A stretch of 64,000 nt of DNA from Candidatus Omnitrophota bacterium (GTDB lineage: Bacteria > Omnitrophota > Gorgyraeia > Gygaellales > Profunditerraquicolaceae), in contig JAPLLX010000004.1 of the NCBI GenBank assembly GCA_026387335.1, positions 13,955 to 77,954 of the forward strand, written 5' to 3'. This document shows, in pieces, positions 1-8,012 of the stretch. The position numbers were made by a program, and so were the translations under genes. Below the pieces are notes generated by a model. It saw only the letters and a program-made list of their open reading frames with translations, had not been told where the DNA came from and made no database searches. Every line of letters begins with the position of its first letter. Positions within the stretch are counted from its first letter, which is position 1.

Positions 1-1111
1 GGTGATCCATCTCAGTATCTTGGTAAGCGGTAGCCAGATGGACCTCAGTAACAGGATGCTCATTAAGATCCTGCTCACCTTTGCTATTTAAAAGCTCTTC
101 GTCAATACGAGTGCCTTCGGGAACCGGATTACCGGCAAAAACTATAAAATATGGCTCAGGTAGAGTAGATGCGCCATGCTGGACTACTCCGGCAAGGCCA
201 TATTCTTCCCTAGCTACCTTACCTAACTCGCCTAAAGTATTAAAACCTACCTTGGCCTTGGCTAGCTTACCCTGAGCATCCCTTACGCCGCCATGCTTAG
301 TCCCGGTCTGCACAGCAATCTTGGTTATGGATTCAAGGTCAAGTCCTTCTTCTCGGCTGAGTCTTCGTAATTCAGGGTTATAACCATCCATAAAAGCCCT
401 GAGGTCTTCCACGGTGCTATTTTTCTGTTTGGCTTTATCCAAACCCATACCGATTTCGCCAATCTCACCACCTAAATTTACCACAATGCCTAATTTATCT
501 AAACCTAACCTTCTTTCTTCTTTACGTATATATCTAGTCAACTCTGCTGTTAGCTTATAGTTAAGCTCCTGTTGTTCCTTATGAGTCAACTTATTCCAGT
601 CTACTAACTGAGACAGATCCACGTCTATCTGGTAAAAACCCGCCTCTAGTGCTTCAGTAATGAGTTCCTTTTCATCCTGGATTGCCTTTTCAGGATTCTT
701 TAAATAATCCTTAAGGGCTATCTGGAAGTGATCCCCCTGTAAATACAAGGTCTGGTTATAGCCTTCTTTAATAGCTGCAGCCAGCATTGAAGTAGTAAAT
801 TCAATAGGACGTTGGCCAGTATATTTTATTTCTGATTTGGCAATTTCCAATATAACCTTAGTTACGTTATTCTTAACAGCAGACTTCAATGCTGCCCTGG
901 CAGTATCATAGGCCATACCTCTGATGTTTATAGCCGGAACAGTGTAATGTGTCGGATCTTTTGCCTTTTGTACATATAAATTATGGACAGAACCAAGATT
1001 AATCCCTAGAGAGGCGGCGATACCCTTAATCAGTTGTCGGGATTTATTAACTATCTCTTGATTCGGGTTAAAGGTGGCATCATAGACTAATTGATCAATT
1101 AATACACTTCG
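1..1111 (-). other. Class II fructose-bisphosphate aldolase-like domain of the giant ORF, partial; an estimated ~115 aa of the domain lie beyond the window
   Basis: About 45% identity over ~370 aa to the stand-alone FBA encoded at 30799..32124, for example PAINIRGMAYDTARAALKSAVKNN against PAINLRSMSYDLARAIFRVAAKNN, plus LQGDHFQ, GGEIGEIG, TVEDLRAFMDGY, QTGTKHGG and VQHGASTLPE. Confidence 0.7.
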
Positions 1112-4100
1112 TAAGGCAGGTTCATTTAATATATTATAGCCGTCAGTAGTAACTTCCACTATTCCTGTTAAGGCGGCATCAAGAGCCTTTACGTCAGCGA
1201 AGTTAAGTCGAGGTTGAGCTAAGTCTGGCAATAGAAACTCCCTACCCGAATTTGAAGTAAGAAATAGTACTGCCTCGGGGCTTGCTCTCTTTATACGATT
1301 CTGCGAAGCAATAGGATCCTTGGTCTGGAACTCTGTGCGAATTACAAAAACACTGCCATCAGGAGTAATTGTAAGTGTATTCGTAGTCACCGTTCCTGCG
1401 GCATTATTAAAAGTTACGCGTTGCATTAAATCTGAGAACGTCGGGCCAAAAAACTTCTCCGAAGCTCCGGTTACTGCTGTTATAGCAAAAGTTCCGCTTC
1501 CTTGGAAATCTGCTGAATTGTAAGTTCTTCGCTGGGCATCAGCACTATAGCCCAACGCATCAAACATTCGTAAGTCTTCTTCTGTAAAACTATCGGCGGT
1601 TTGCGGGCTCACATCTTTTGCAGTCATTTTCTCGGAAACAAACCTATGACTAAACTGCCCATTAGGAACTAATGCTGCCACAAGCTCTGCAATAGTAGCC
1701 TCAGCAGAACCGCTCCTGCCGAACACCATCATCTTATATCCATCGAGGTCTAACCCCAATGAAGCCACTGCCCGCGGAGCAAAATCACCGTCGTCAGGGG
1801 TAAGTAACTTAATCCCGGGATATTTTTCTTGCAGTTGCTTGGCATCTTCAATAATTCTTAAATGCCGGCTGTCGCCTGACTGCGTAGGTTGTTTGGCAAG
1901 ATCCTTATCGCGAGAACCTAAAGTTAAAATTACAAGATGATTCATAAAATCTGCGTAGAAGCCTGTAAAGGCAGGGTCTGTTACTTCAATCCCTTTCTGC
2001 CTGGCTAAGGCAACTGCGATTCTGCGTGTGGCAATACTCGGAAGATCAAGAGGTTGAACTCCGGCATCTCTCGGGGCATTAAAACTTACCCCTGCAATAC
2101 GGAATTTATCCCAAACCGTTCTTCTAATTCCGCCTGGCAGATCTTTGAATAAAGCAGCTAACGACCAACTGTTAGTTGCCTGCGTAGCTGCCTCTTTAAC
2201 AATAAGGCCGTTGGTATGCTCAAGCGCGTCACCGGCAAAATAATTAATATTTACGCCTATTTTGCGCAATTCATTGACTTCGGCCTCAAGGCTTTTGAAA
2301 AAGTTTTCCGGGTCAGGGTCCCAATAGCCTTTCGCGTAACCCTTCCAGTAAATACGGCCTCTTTTTAGAGAAACTGCGTCATCTCTTTCTCCCTCATCCG
2401 CAATAACAATTATAGCTTCAAGGGGGTTGGCTTCAATAAAAGAGACTAAGCTTCTTCTGCTAAACTCAACTGCATTGGCATCAGCAATATTCTTTCCCTG
2501 TTTAGTGCCCACGCCTGCATAAAGAATCGAGCCCATAGCTTGGCCGATAGAAGTCTCAATTACTGCTCTTGTAGTAGGTTGCTTTAGGACTTCTTTAGTC
2601 GGGAAATTACCTTGTAACCTTACCACTTTTATTGTACTCTTTTTAAGGCCAAAATCTGTAAGCACCTTCCCAAAAGACGCGGGGATATCTTGATTTTCTA
2701 ATTCTGTGCCTGTTTGTAAAGCTAAGTTGGCGAGTGATTCCTGCGCGGCAGCGGCTTTTCCTTCTGCGGTCATATACGGCAGATAAGACTTAAGGTACTC
2801 AACGAATTGCTGCTTAAAAGCGCTCATATCTGAAGGTTCAACATCGCCTTTCACCACTGTTGCATCCTCCCCGGTAGAAATATTACTGACTACAACACCA
2901 TCAACCGGTAAAACAAATTTATTCTTTAATTCTGGATCAGCCAATAACTTACTCGCAATCTGGACTTGAAGTTGGTCAGGCATAGAATCACCTACTTTCT
3001 TACCCTGAGCTGCCAGAAAAGCAAGCGCCATTCTACCGCCGATTATAAAGAGATCTGTTTCTTTCTTTAAGGAATCAAATAGATCAATCTTAGTGTCAAG
3101 TTTTGCTCCGGCCAAAATAACTACTAAAGGCTTCACAGGATTATTACGGAGTTGTTTTAAGTAAGTATATTCATTTGCTAAACTTAATCCTGCGAATTTC
3201 GTTCCGAGAGCAAAAAATCTGGTGATTGCCTGAACAGAAGCATGAGCACGATGGTCAACCGAAAAGGAATCGTTAACATAATATTTCGCTATTCGGCTTA
3301 ACGCTTGAGCAAAAGCCTCGTTATTTAGTTCTTCGGCTAACCTAAAGCGGAGATTCTCTAAGAAAACAACTTCTCCGTTTTTCTGAGTATTCTGGATAAA
3401 ATCTTCTACCGGCTTACCAATACAATCATCTAATTTATACACCGGTACTCCCAGAAGTCTCTGGAGCTCTTTTGCTACAGGATCAGTCCTGAGCTTCTCA
3501 TCAACCTTTCCATTTGGCCTACCTAAATGAGTAGCTACAATAAGTTTGACTTTCTTGGCTAATAATGCTTGCGCGGTAGGAAGGATTGCCCTGAGCCTAG
3601 AATTATCGGTTATATTTAAATTTGAATCTAAAGGAACATTACCGTCTATGCGTAGAAAGACGGTATCTCCTTCTTTTACATTCTGTAAGAGACTATCAAA
3701 CTGGGAAAGCTCACCTGTAACAGGATCAATTAAAACTTTGACTCCCGGCAGGTTTTCCACTCCAAATTTGAATGCCTCTAAGAATGCTCCGCCGGCCATT
3801 GAGACATAGTCAAATTGATCCCTCTCTTTTTCAGATAATGTCGCTATAGTATCGCCTCCACCTACGATTTTCTTTATTGTTTTAGGCAAACTTAAAACGT
3901 TCTTGGCCGTACCTTTTGTGCCGTAGCTTGTAGATTCTACTTCCGCTACTCCCATAGGCCCATTCCAGAGCACCGTGCCCTTATCTCCAGCAGCTGAAAA
4001 AACCTCCTGCATTCTTTTCATATCAAGCTCCACGCTTGCCGGGCCAATATCCGCAATAACCTTGCCTTTAATGTGGGAAAAGGCATTTTCATAAACTATG

Positions 4101-7100
4101 AGGTTCACCATACGATTGGAGAAACCAGTTTCATTATCATACCAAGTCTCTAACCTGATGATTGTCTGATCAAGCTCATCATCGTAATCAACAATTTCAA
4201 TAGAATTACCATCCACAATAGTAGAAGCAGGATTACCAACAATAGTGGCGGATGTAATCGGATCCTGAGTATAAGCCAAAAGGCCCGCAAATTTATTTTG
4301 GCTGGCTTTTCTAAACGCATTTTGGATCTGTTCTTTAGTCACCTTACCCTTACGTACGACTAACAAGTCAACAACCGAACCTGTAGGGTTAGGAGTACGT
4401 ATTGCCCAACCATCAGATTTTCCGGTTAAGGAAGGGAATATTTTAGCTGCGGTTTTAGCAGCTCCGGTTGAAGCAGGCTCGGCATTACCTAATGCACTCC
4501 TACCACGCACAGGCTCTTTTTTATGCAGGTCTTGCTTGGCAAAATTCTGATCCGTAGTATAACCATGCACAGTAAGCATATCCTGAGAAACAATTCTACC
4601 TTCTATAGGAAGGCCTTCCTGTTCCAATGCGGAAATTTCATTTTCAAACGGTTCATCTAAAACAGCACCTACGGGCATTAAAGCATTAGTAGTGCAGCTG
4701 GCATTATCTTTAGTGAGGGCAGCCCGGGTTGGTTCAACTACACCCAAGACAATAGATTGTCCTACTCCTTCTGCCGGCGCAGTAATAATTACTTTCCCAC
4801 CTTTAATATGCGTAAGGTGAGCCATAGCGTCATCAGCATTCTTTAAATCTCCGGAACTTTCTGCGATAATTTTTATGCCTGCTACATCCCAGGGGAGCTC
4901 TGAAACTGCTTTTCTTTCGTTAACAATCAGGACTTTCTTCCCATTTATATCTAAAACACCTACCAGACTTTTTAATAACCAGTTAATTGAACTTTGCAGC
5001 TCAGCTCGAGGCTTTCCCCATGAAACTAAGAGTTTTTCAAGATAAGGAACAAGCTCTTCTTTCTCCTGAAGCATATACAATCTCTGGGAATCGATCTGAC
5101 CGTTGATAATCCCTTTTACCTGATCTTCTGTATAATTATTTAAAAGTTGAGAGATTTCCTTCTTTAATTGCTTAGGGGTTAAAATAATCCTAGTCACCGG
5201 TTTAGGCGTGGACTGCTGGATTGAATCTGCGGCTAAAAGCCAGGATATGATTAACATGTTGCTTGGGCCATTAATCATCCTGAGGTCAACATTCGGGTCT
5301 CCCTGCATAGCCCAGGCTATGGTCCTGCCTGTTCTACCCGGCCCATTTTCTCCCACAATTGCTGACTGCATCGGCTTACCTTTATATGTAAAGCGGGGCC
5401 GGCTTTTTCCGTCAAGAGACGGAATATAGCTGGAATTAGTATCCAAAAACTTAGGCCTTATAATTTGAGATTGCGCATCTTGAGCCGCGGAAAGAACGCT
5501 TTCAATTTCTTCGGAAATGGTTTGAGAATCTTTAGAGGTAACAATAGACGCAATCTTCCCTTCTTTCATACCATCCAACATTAAAGGAAGCTGGCTTAAG
5601 GCGAAAGTCGTATCCTCGTTATGTAAAACCTGTAGATGAACCATATTTTTTCCCGTAACTTTAGTCTGTTTACCCAAAACAACAATCGGCGCCTGTTTAT
5701 AGGTATCTAAAGAAACTTTCGAGTTATCCTCGGAATAAACAAGCTTACCCCTAAGAGCGCCTTCTGCGGCATCTTTAAAGATTTTGTTTATTGAAGCAAC
5801 ATCCGTATTAGAATTTAAAACCATCTTGACATCTAATATGCAACCGAGCATCTGCGGAGCAAAATGAACCCTTCCCTTGATTCGTCCGGATAAATCAGGA
5901 GAAAACATTTTACCCACATATTCATCTATATCCCTGCTTAAGGCAGGAGCAATATTATTTCCCGAAGAACGCATAAGAACCGGGTCTGGCCCGGAATTAT
6001 CCAAGCCACGCTGTAACGATGAAGGTGGCTGAACATCTGTAAAACTAACACCCCTGATTGTTTCCTGCGGGATAAGAGACAAAACCGGCCTTAAAGCGCT
6101 GACTGCAGTTAAAGCAGGATTCGTAACAATGACAAATTGAGCGCCCTGGCTTTTATGGCTAGCAGCTAACTGAGGGTTTTGGCCTTCAATTACAGCTTGC
6201 GCATTTAATTCCTTCCAAGGAAACTCTTTGGGGTTAGAAATTGCAGAAACCTTTAAAACGAGTTTCCCGTTTCTTCCCAAGCCTTCGGGTAAAACTTGAA
6301 AATTCTTATTAAACCAGTTTCTGAACGCGGGAGTTGCAGAAAAATCTTTGGTTAAAAGATAATAAAGGTTATCGGCAGAAACGCCGTTTACTCCCACTAA
6401 TTCAACGTCTTTACTCTTACCTAAGAGCCATTCACGGATAAGTTCCCGTTCCTGCGCACCGGGATTATTTATCGCAACTTTTACCGGCGAGCTCATGCTT
6501 GCTCTTGTTAATTCGTGTGCTGTAGGAGTCCCCGATGCATCCACTAGAATTCCCTTAAGTGTAGGAAGAAGCGTATCCACTACTGTTGTTATATTGAAAG
6601 TTGCTCCCTGCATTCTCGCGTCTACTTCCAGACCTGTAAGGATTTGACCACCGCTAAAATAACTCCGGATTACCTGTCCGGTAGGAGTACGTACTGTTTC
6701 CTTAATATTATACTCGCCTTGAGCGAAGGATTTTTTATAAGCGTTAAAATAAGTAGATTTAGACCAGGCGGCGGCGGAAGTAAGGCCGGTAAGGTCTTTT
6801 CTGTCAATACGCGAAGCGTATTTACCTTCCTGACCGGTAAAATGAGACTTAAACCAGCGAGAGAGAATGATGGAATAATAGACCTGCCTTAAGGAAGCGT
6901 AACGTTTGGAAAGATTCACTTCTTTGGTTAATTTAGGGATAATTAATTCGCGGATTAACTGGGAAGAATATTCGTTTAACGCCTTAGCCCGGCTGTCTTT
7001 AAAGCTATAGGTAGCCGAATCCTTAAGAAAATCCTGCTCCAGCATGACCTTTAAGGTCGCCTTATAGATATAGGCGCTGTCGTTGGTCTGACGGACAATG

Positions 7101-7654
7101 ATTTCATTGGGGACTATCCAGGGACGGGTCAAGGTAGGAATGGTTACTTCCTGGTAGCCATAGAGTTCTTCGGCCTTCTTATAAAGCCTGTTCCAGTATT
7201 CCCGGCCTTCGGGAGTTTCGGGTGAAGTAAATTGGGCGGTATCTTTCTTTAGCTGCAGGTCTGTCTCAAGCATGATTTTGCCTACGTCAGTCCTGGCTAA
7301 GTAGTCATCTATAATGTTATCTTCGGAATCCGGGCGCAGGTTTACCCAAAACTTGTCGCTGGGAAGATTTATACCTACTAGAAAATAATTTAATAATTCC
7401 TGGGTAGCGGCGTCAAGCTGTTTTCCCTTAAGCTCCTTGATATCGCCTTTATCCAACATTACCTTAATATTATCATTCTGGCTGTCAAAGGAGAAAAAAC
7501 GGATATGTACAGGCCTAAACCTATCCTGGACAAAGCCACCGGACATCTTAGATAAATGGCCGGCCAGATTAAGTTCGGTTGCGATACTGGCGAAACCTAT
7601 CTGCTGGAAGACCAAACACAGGGAAATTAGCAGGGAAGAAATTTTACGCCACAT
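1..7654 (-). CDS. Giant secreted multi-domain protein, at least 2551 aa in the window, with its C-terminus running off the window at position 1. Order of parts: signal peptide, ~390 aa unassigned, degenerate GAPDH-like, intact GAPDH-like, circularly permuted PGK-like, GlpX-type FBPase-like, class II FBA-like (partial)
   Basis: Hand translation of the reverse strand from ATG at 7654..7652 (AGGAGG 8 nt upstream) continues without a stop to position 2. The ORF track shows no competing long ORF in 1..7650. Motifs read directly: MWRKISSLLISLCLVFQQIGFASIA; NASCTTNALMP...TVHGYTTDQ...WYDNETGFSNRMVNL (GAPDH); RIDGNVP...THLGRPNG...LENLRFR...NDSFSVDHRAHAS...GGRMALAFL and WNGPMGV...GGGDTIA...MAGGAFLE (PGK); GKNIADANAVE...IADEGERDD...DPDPEN...TPDDGDFA (GlpX); PAINIRGMAYD...LQGDHFQ...QTGTKHGG...VQHGASTLPE (class II aldolase). 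Confidence 0.8.
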   Translation of the reverse strand, partial: MWRKISSLLISLCLVFQQIGFASIATELNLAGHLSKMSGGFVQDRFRPVHIRFFSFDSQNDNIKVMLDKGDIKELKGKQLDAATQELLNYFLVGINLPSDKFWVNLRPDSEDNIIDDYLARTDVGKIMLETDLQLKKDTAQFTSPETPEGREYWNRLYKKAEELYGYQEVTIPTLTRPWIVPNEIIVRQTNDSAYIYKATLKVMLEQDFLKDSATYSFKDSRAKALNEYSSQLIRELIIPKLTKEVNLSKRYASLRQVYYSIILSRWFKSHFTGQEGKYASRIDRKDLTGLTSAAAWSKSTYFNAYKKSFAQGEYNIKETVRTPTGQVIRSYFSGGQILTGLEVDARMQGATFNITTVVDTLLPTLKGILVDASGTPTAHELTRASMSSPVKVAINNPGAQERELIREWLLGKSKDVELVGVNGVSADNLYYLLTKDFSATPAFRNWFNKNFQVLPEGLGRNGKLVLKVSAISNPKEFPWKELNAQAVIEGQNPQLAASHKSQGAQFVIVTNPALTAVSALRPVLSLIPQETIRGVSFTDVQPPSSLQRGLDNSGPDPVLMRSSGNNIAPALSRDIDEYVGKMFSPDLSGRIKGRVHFAPQMLGCILDVKMVLNSNTDVASINKIFKDAAEGALRGKLVYSEDNSKVSLDTYKQAPIVVLGKQTKVTGKNMVHLQVLHNEDTTFALSQLPLMLDGMKEGKIASIVTSKDSQTISEEIESVLSAAQDAQSQIIRPKFLDTNSSYIPSLDGKSRPRFTYKGKPMQSAIVGENGPGRTGRTIAWAMQGDPNVDLRMINGPSNMLIISWLLAADSIQQSTPKPVTRIILTPKQLKKEISQLLNNYTEDQVKGIINGQIDSQRLYMLQEKEELVPYLEKLLVSWGKPRAELQSSINWLLKSLVGVLDINGKKVLIVNERKAVSELPWDVAGIKIIAESSGDLKNADDAMAHLTHIKGGKVIITAPAEGVGQSIVLGVVEPTRAALTKDNASCTTNALMPVGAVLDEPFENEISALEQEGLPIEGRIVSQDMLTVHGYTTDQNFAKQDLHKKEPVRGRSALGNAEPASTGAAKTAAKIFPSLTGKSDGWAIRTPNPTGSVVDLLVVRKGKVTKEQIQNAFRKASQNKFAGLLAYTQDPITSATIVGNPASTIVDGNSIEIVDYDDELDQTIIRLETWYDNETGFSNRMVNLIVYENAFSHIKGKVIADIGPASVELDMKRMQEVFSAAGDKGTVLWNGPMGVAEVESTSYGTKGTAKNVLSLPKTIKKIVGGGDTIATLSEKERDQFDYVSMAGGAFLEAFKFGVENLPGVKVLIDPVTGELSQFDSLLQNVKEGDTVFLRIDGNVPLDSNLNITDNSRLRAILPTAQALLAKKVKLIVATHLGRPNGKVDEKLRTDPVAKELQRLLGVPVYKLDDCIGKPVEDFIQNTQKNGEVVFLENLRFRLAEELNNEAFAQALSRIAKYYVNDSFSVDHRAHASVQAITRFFALGTKFAGLSLANEYTYLKQLRNNPVKPLVVILAGAKLDTKIDLFDSLKKETDLFIIGGRMALAFLAAQGKKVGDSMPDQLQVQIASKLLADPELKNKFVLPVDGVVVSNISTGEDATVVKGDVEPSDMSAFKQQFVEYLKSYLPYMTAEGKAAAAQESLANLALQTGTELENQDIPASFGKVLTDFGLKKSTIKVVRLQGNFPTKEVLKQPTTRAVIETSIGQAMGSILYAGVGTKQGKNIADANAVEFSRRSLVSFIEANPLEAIIVIADEGERDDAVSLKRGRIYWKGYAKGYWDPDPENFFKSLEAEVNELRKIGVNINYFAGDALEHTNGLIVKEAATQATNSWSLAALFKDLPGGIRRTVWDKFRIAGVSFNAPRDAGVQPLDLPSIATRRIAVALARQKGIEVTDPAFTGFYADFMNHLVILTLGSRDKDLAKQPTQSGDSRHLRIIEDAKQLQEKYPGIKLLTPDDGDFAPRAVASLGLDLDGYKMMVFGRSGSAEATIAELVAALVPNGQFSHRFVSEKMTAKDVSPQTADSFTEEDLRMFDALGYSADAQRRTYNSADFQGSGTFAITAVTGASEKFFGPTFSDLMQRVTFNNAAGTVTTNTLTITPDGSVFVIRTEFQTKDPIASQNRIKRASPEAVLFLTSNSGREFLLPDLAQPRLNFADVKALDAALTGIVEVTTDGYNILNEPALRSVLIDQLVYDATFNPNQEIVNKSRQLIKGIAASLGINLGSVHNLYVQKAKDPTHYTVPAINIRGMAYDTARAALKSAVKNNVTKVILEIAKSEIKYTGQRPIEFTTSMLAAAIKEGYNQTLYLQGDHFQIALKDYLKNPEKAIQDEKELITEALEAGFYQIDVDLSQLVDWNKLTHKEQQELNYKLTAELTRYIRKEERRLGLDKLGIVVNLGGEIGEIGMGLDKAKQKNSTVEDLRAFMDGYNPELRRLSREEGLDLESITKIAVQTGTKHGGVRDAQGKLAKAKVGFNTLGELGKVAREEYGLAGVVQHGASTLPEPYFIVFAGNPVPEGTRIDEELLNSKGEQDLNEHPVTEVHLATAYQDTEMDH
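1333..2572 (-). other. GlpX-type (class II) fructose-1,6-bisphosphatase-like domain with ~45- and ~20-aa insertions
   Basis: GKNIADANAVEFSRRSL aligns to GDKNTADGAAVNAMRIML; IIVIADEGERDDAVSL to TIVIGEGEIDEAPML; YWDPDPEN to AVDPIEGT; SFNAP to FLNAP; KLLTPDDGDFAPRAVAS to VFAIPDGDVAASIL; MMVFGRSGSAEATIAELVAALVPNG to VLYGIGGAPEGVVSAAVIRALDG; GTFAITAVTGAS to VIFSATGITKG. The metal-ligand Asp and Glu positions are retained. Confidence 0.5.
2845..4066 (-). other. Phosphoglycerate kinase-like domain, circularly permuted (C-terminal third first, then the N-domain up to the permutation point)
   Basis: The first segment IADIGPASVE...LWNGPMGVAEVE...IVGGGDTIATL...MAGGAFLEAFKFGVENLPGV matches the PGK C-terminal region. 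It is followed directly by RIDGNVP...ITDNSRLRAILPT...ATHLGRPNG...VVFLENLRFRLAEE...NDSFSVDHRAHAS...ILAGAKLDTKIDL...IIGGRMALAFL...LPVDGVVV, which is the PGK N-domain and the start of the C-domain. Confidence 0.65.
4090..5365 (-). other. Intact GAPDH-like domain of the giant ORF, with a ~90-aa insertion in the NAD-binding part
   Basis: AIVGENGPGRTGR...INGKKVLIVNER...LPWDVAGIKIIAESSG...KGGKVIITAPAEG...NASCTTNALMPVGAVLDE...TVHGYTTDQ...ASTGAAKTAAKIFPSLTGK...TPNPTGSVVDLLV...WYDNETGFSNRMVNL. The catalytic Cys and His are present. Confidence 0.7.
5460..6490 (-). other. Degenerate, probably non-catalytic GAPDH-like domain of the giant ORF
   Basis: VKVAINNPGAQER replaces the Rossmann INGFGRIGR. NGKLVLKVSAISNPKEFPWKELNAQAVIEGQ...AASHKSQGAQFVIVTNPA aligns to the GAPDH NAD domain. 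TNPALTAVSALRPV sits where SCTTNCLAP would be, so there is no Cys. SFTDVQPP replaces TVHAxTATQ, so there is no His. GRIKGRVHFAPQMLGCILDVKM aligns to GKLTGMAFRVPTxNVSVVDL. This stretch was re-translated carefully (6300..5821). Confidence 0.55.
7577..7654 (-). other. Sec-type signal peptide (or N-in signal anchor) of the giant ORF
   Basis: M-W-R-K n-region, 18-residue hydrophobic core ISSLLISLCLVFQQIGFA, then SIA. Confidence 0.6.
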
Positions 7655-7728
7655 TTTTACATCCTCCTTTTTTCTGGTTCCTCATTATTAAATACTTTTT
7701 AAAATTCCTTTTAATTCCACAAAAAAGA

Positions 7729-7757
7729 AAGCCGAACTGACCCTTTCAGTTCGGCTT
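7729..7757. terminator. Perfect 12-bp stem hairpin (AAGCCGAACTGA / CCCTT / TCAGTTCGGCTT) with T-rich tracts on both sides; looks like a bidirectional intrinsic terminator, in the divergent region between the giant ORF and the ppiD-like gene
   Basis: Read directly. Flanked by aaaaaag on the 5' side and aattattttatt on the 3' side. Confidence 0.45.
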
Positions 7758-7952
7758 AATTATTTTATTACGTGGCAGATCCCCGGTCGTCCTCCGATAA
7801 CCGGAAATTTATTAAACCTTAACAAATTTGATAAAGGATAACATATCAACCTGGCCTTGTCAAGTTTTTTTTAAGTTTTTTCAAGCAAACCTACACTTTA
7901 TAGTTGCAAAATCAAAAGTTTAGACTATAATGGATAAAACGTTAACAATAAC

Positions 7953-8012
7953 TCCGCGCATAGCGCGGAGTAAACAAGCGTTAAGCGCCGGAGGCAACGC
8001 TTGTTTAAGGAG
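7953..8012 (+). promoter_or_regulatory. Two strong hairpins in the leader of the ppiD-like gene (CTCCGCGC-ATA-GCGCGGAG, and AAACAAGCGTT-13 nt-AACGCTTGTTT), followed by an AAGGAG RBS
   Basis: Perfect 8-bp and 11-bp stems read directly. The second stem ends 1 nt before the RBS. Confidence 0.4.

Noticed and set aside
1-7654. Whether the giant ORF is simply a gap-pgk-glpX-fba operon mis-called as one gene
   Set aside because: The reverse-strand frame was translated codon by codon from 4978 to 2, and more roughly from 7654, with no stop, no internal RBS/ATG signature at domain boundaries, a permuted PGK and a dead GAPDH. Separate genes would show stops and intergenic signals. Chimeric assembly cannot be excluded without reads, but is unlikely to preserve one frame over 7.6 kb.
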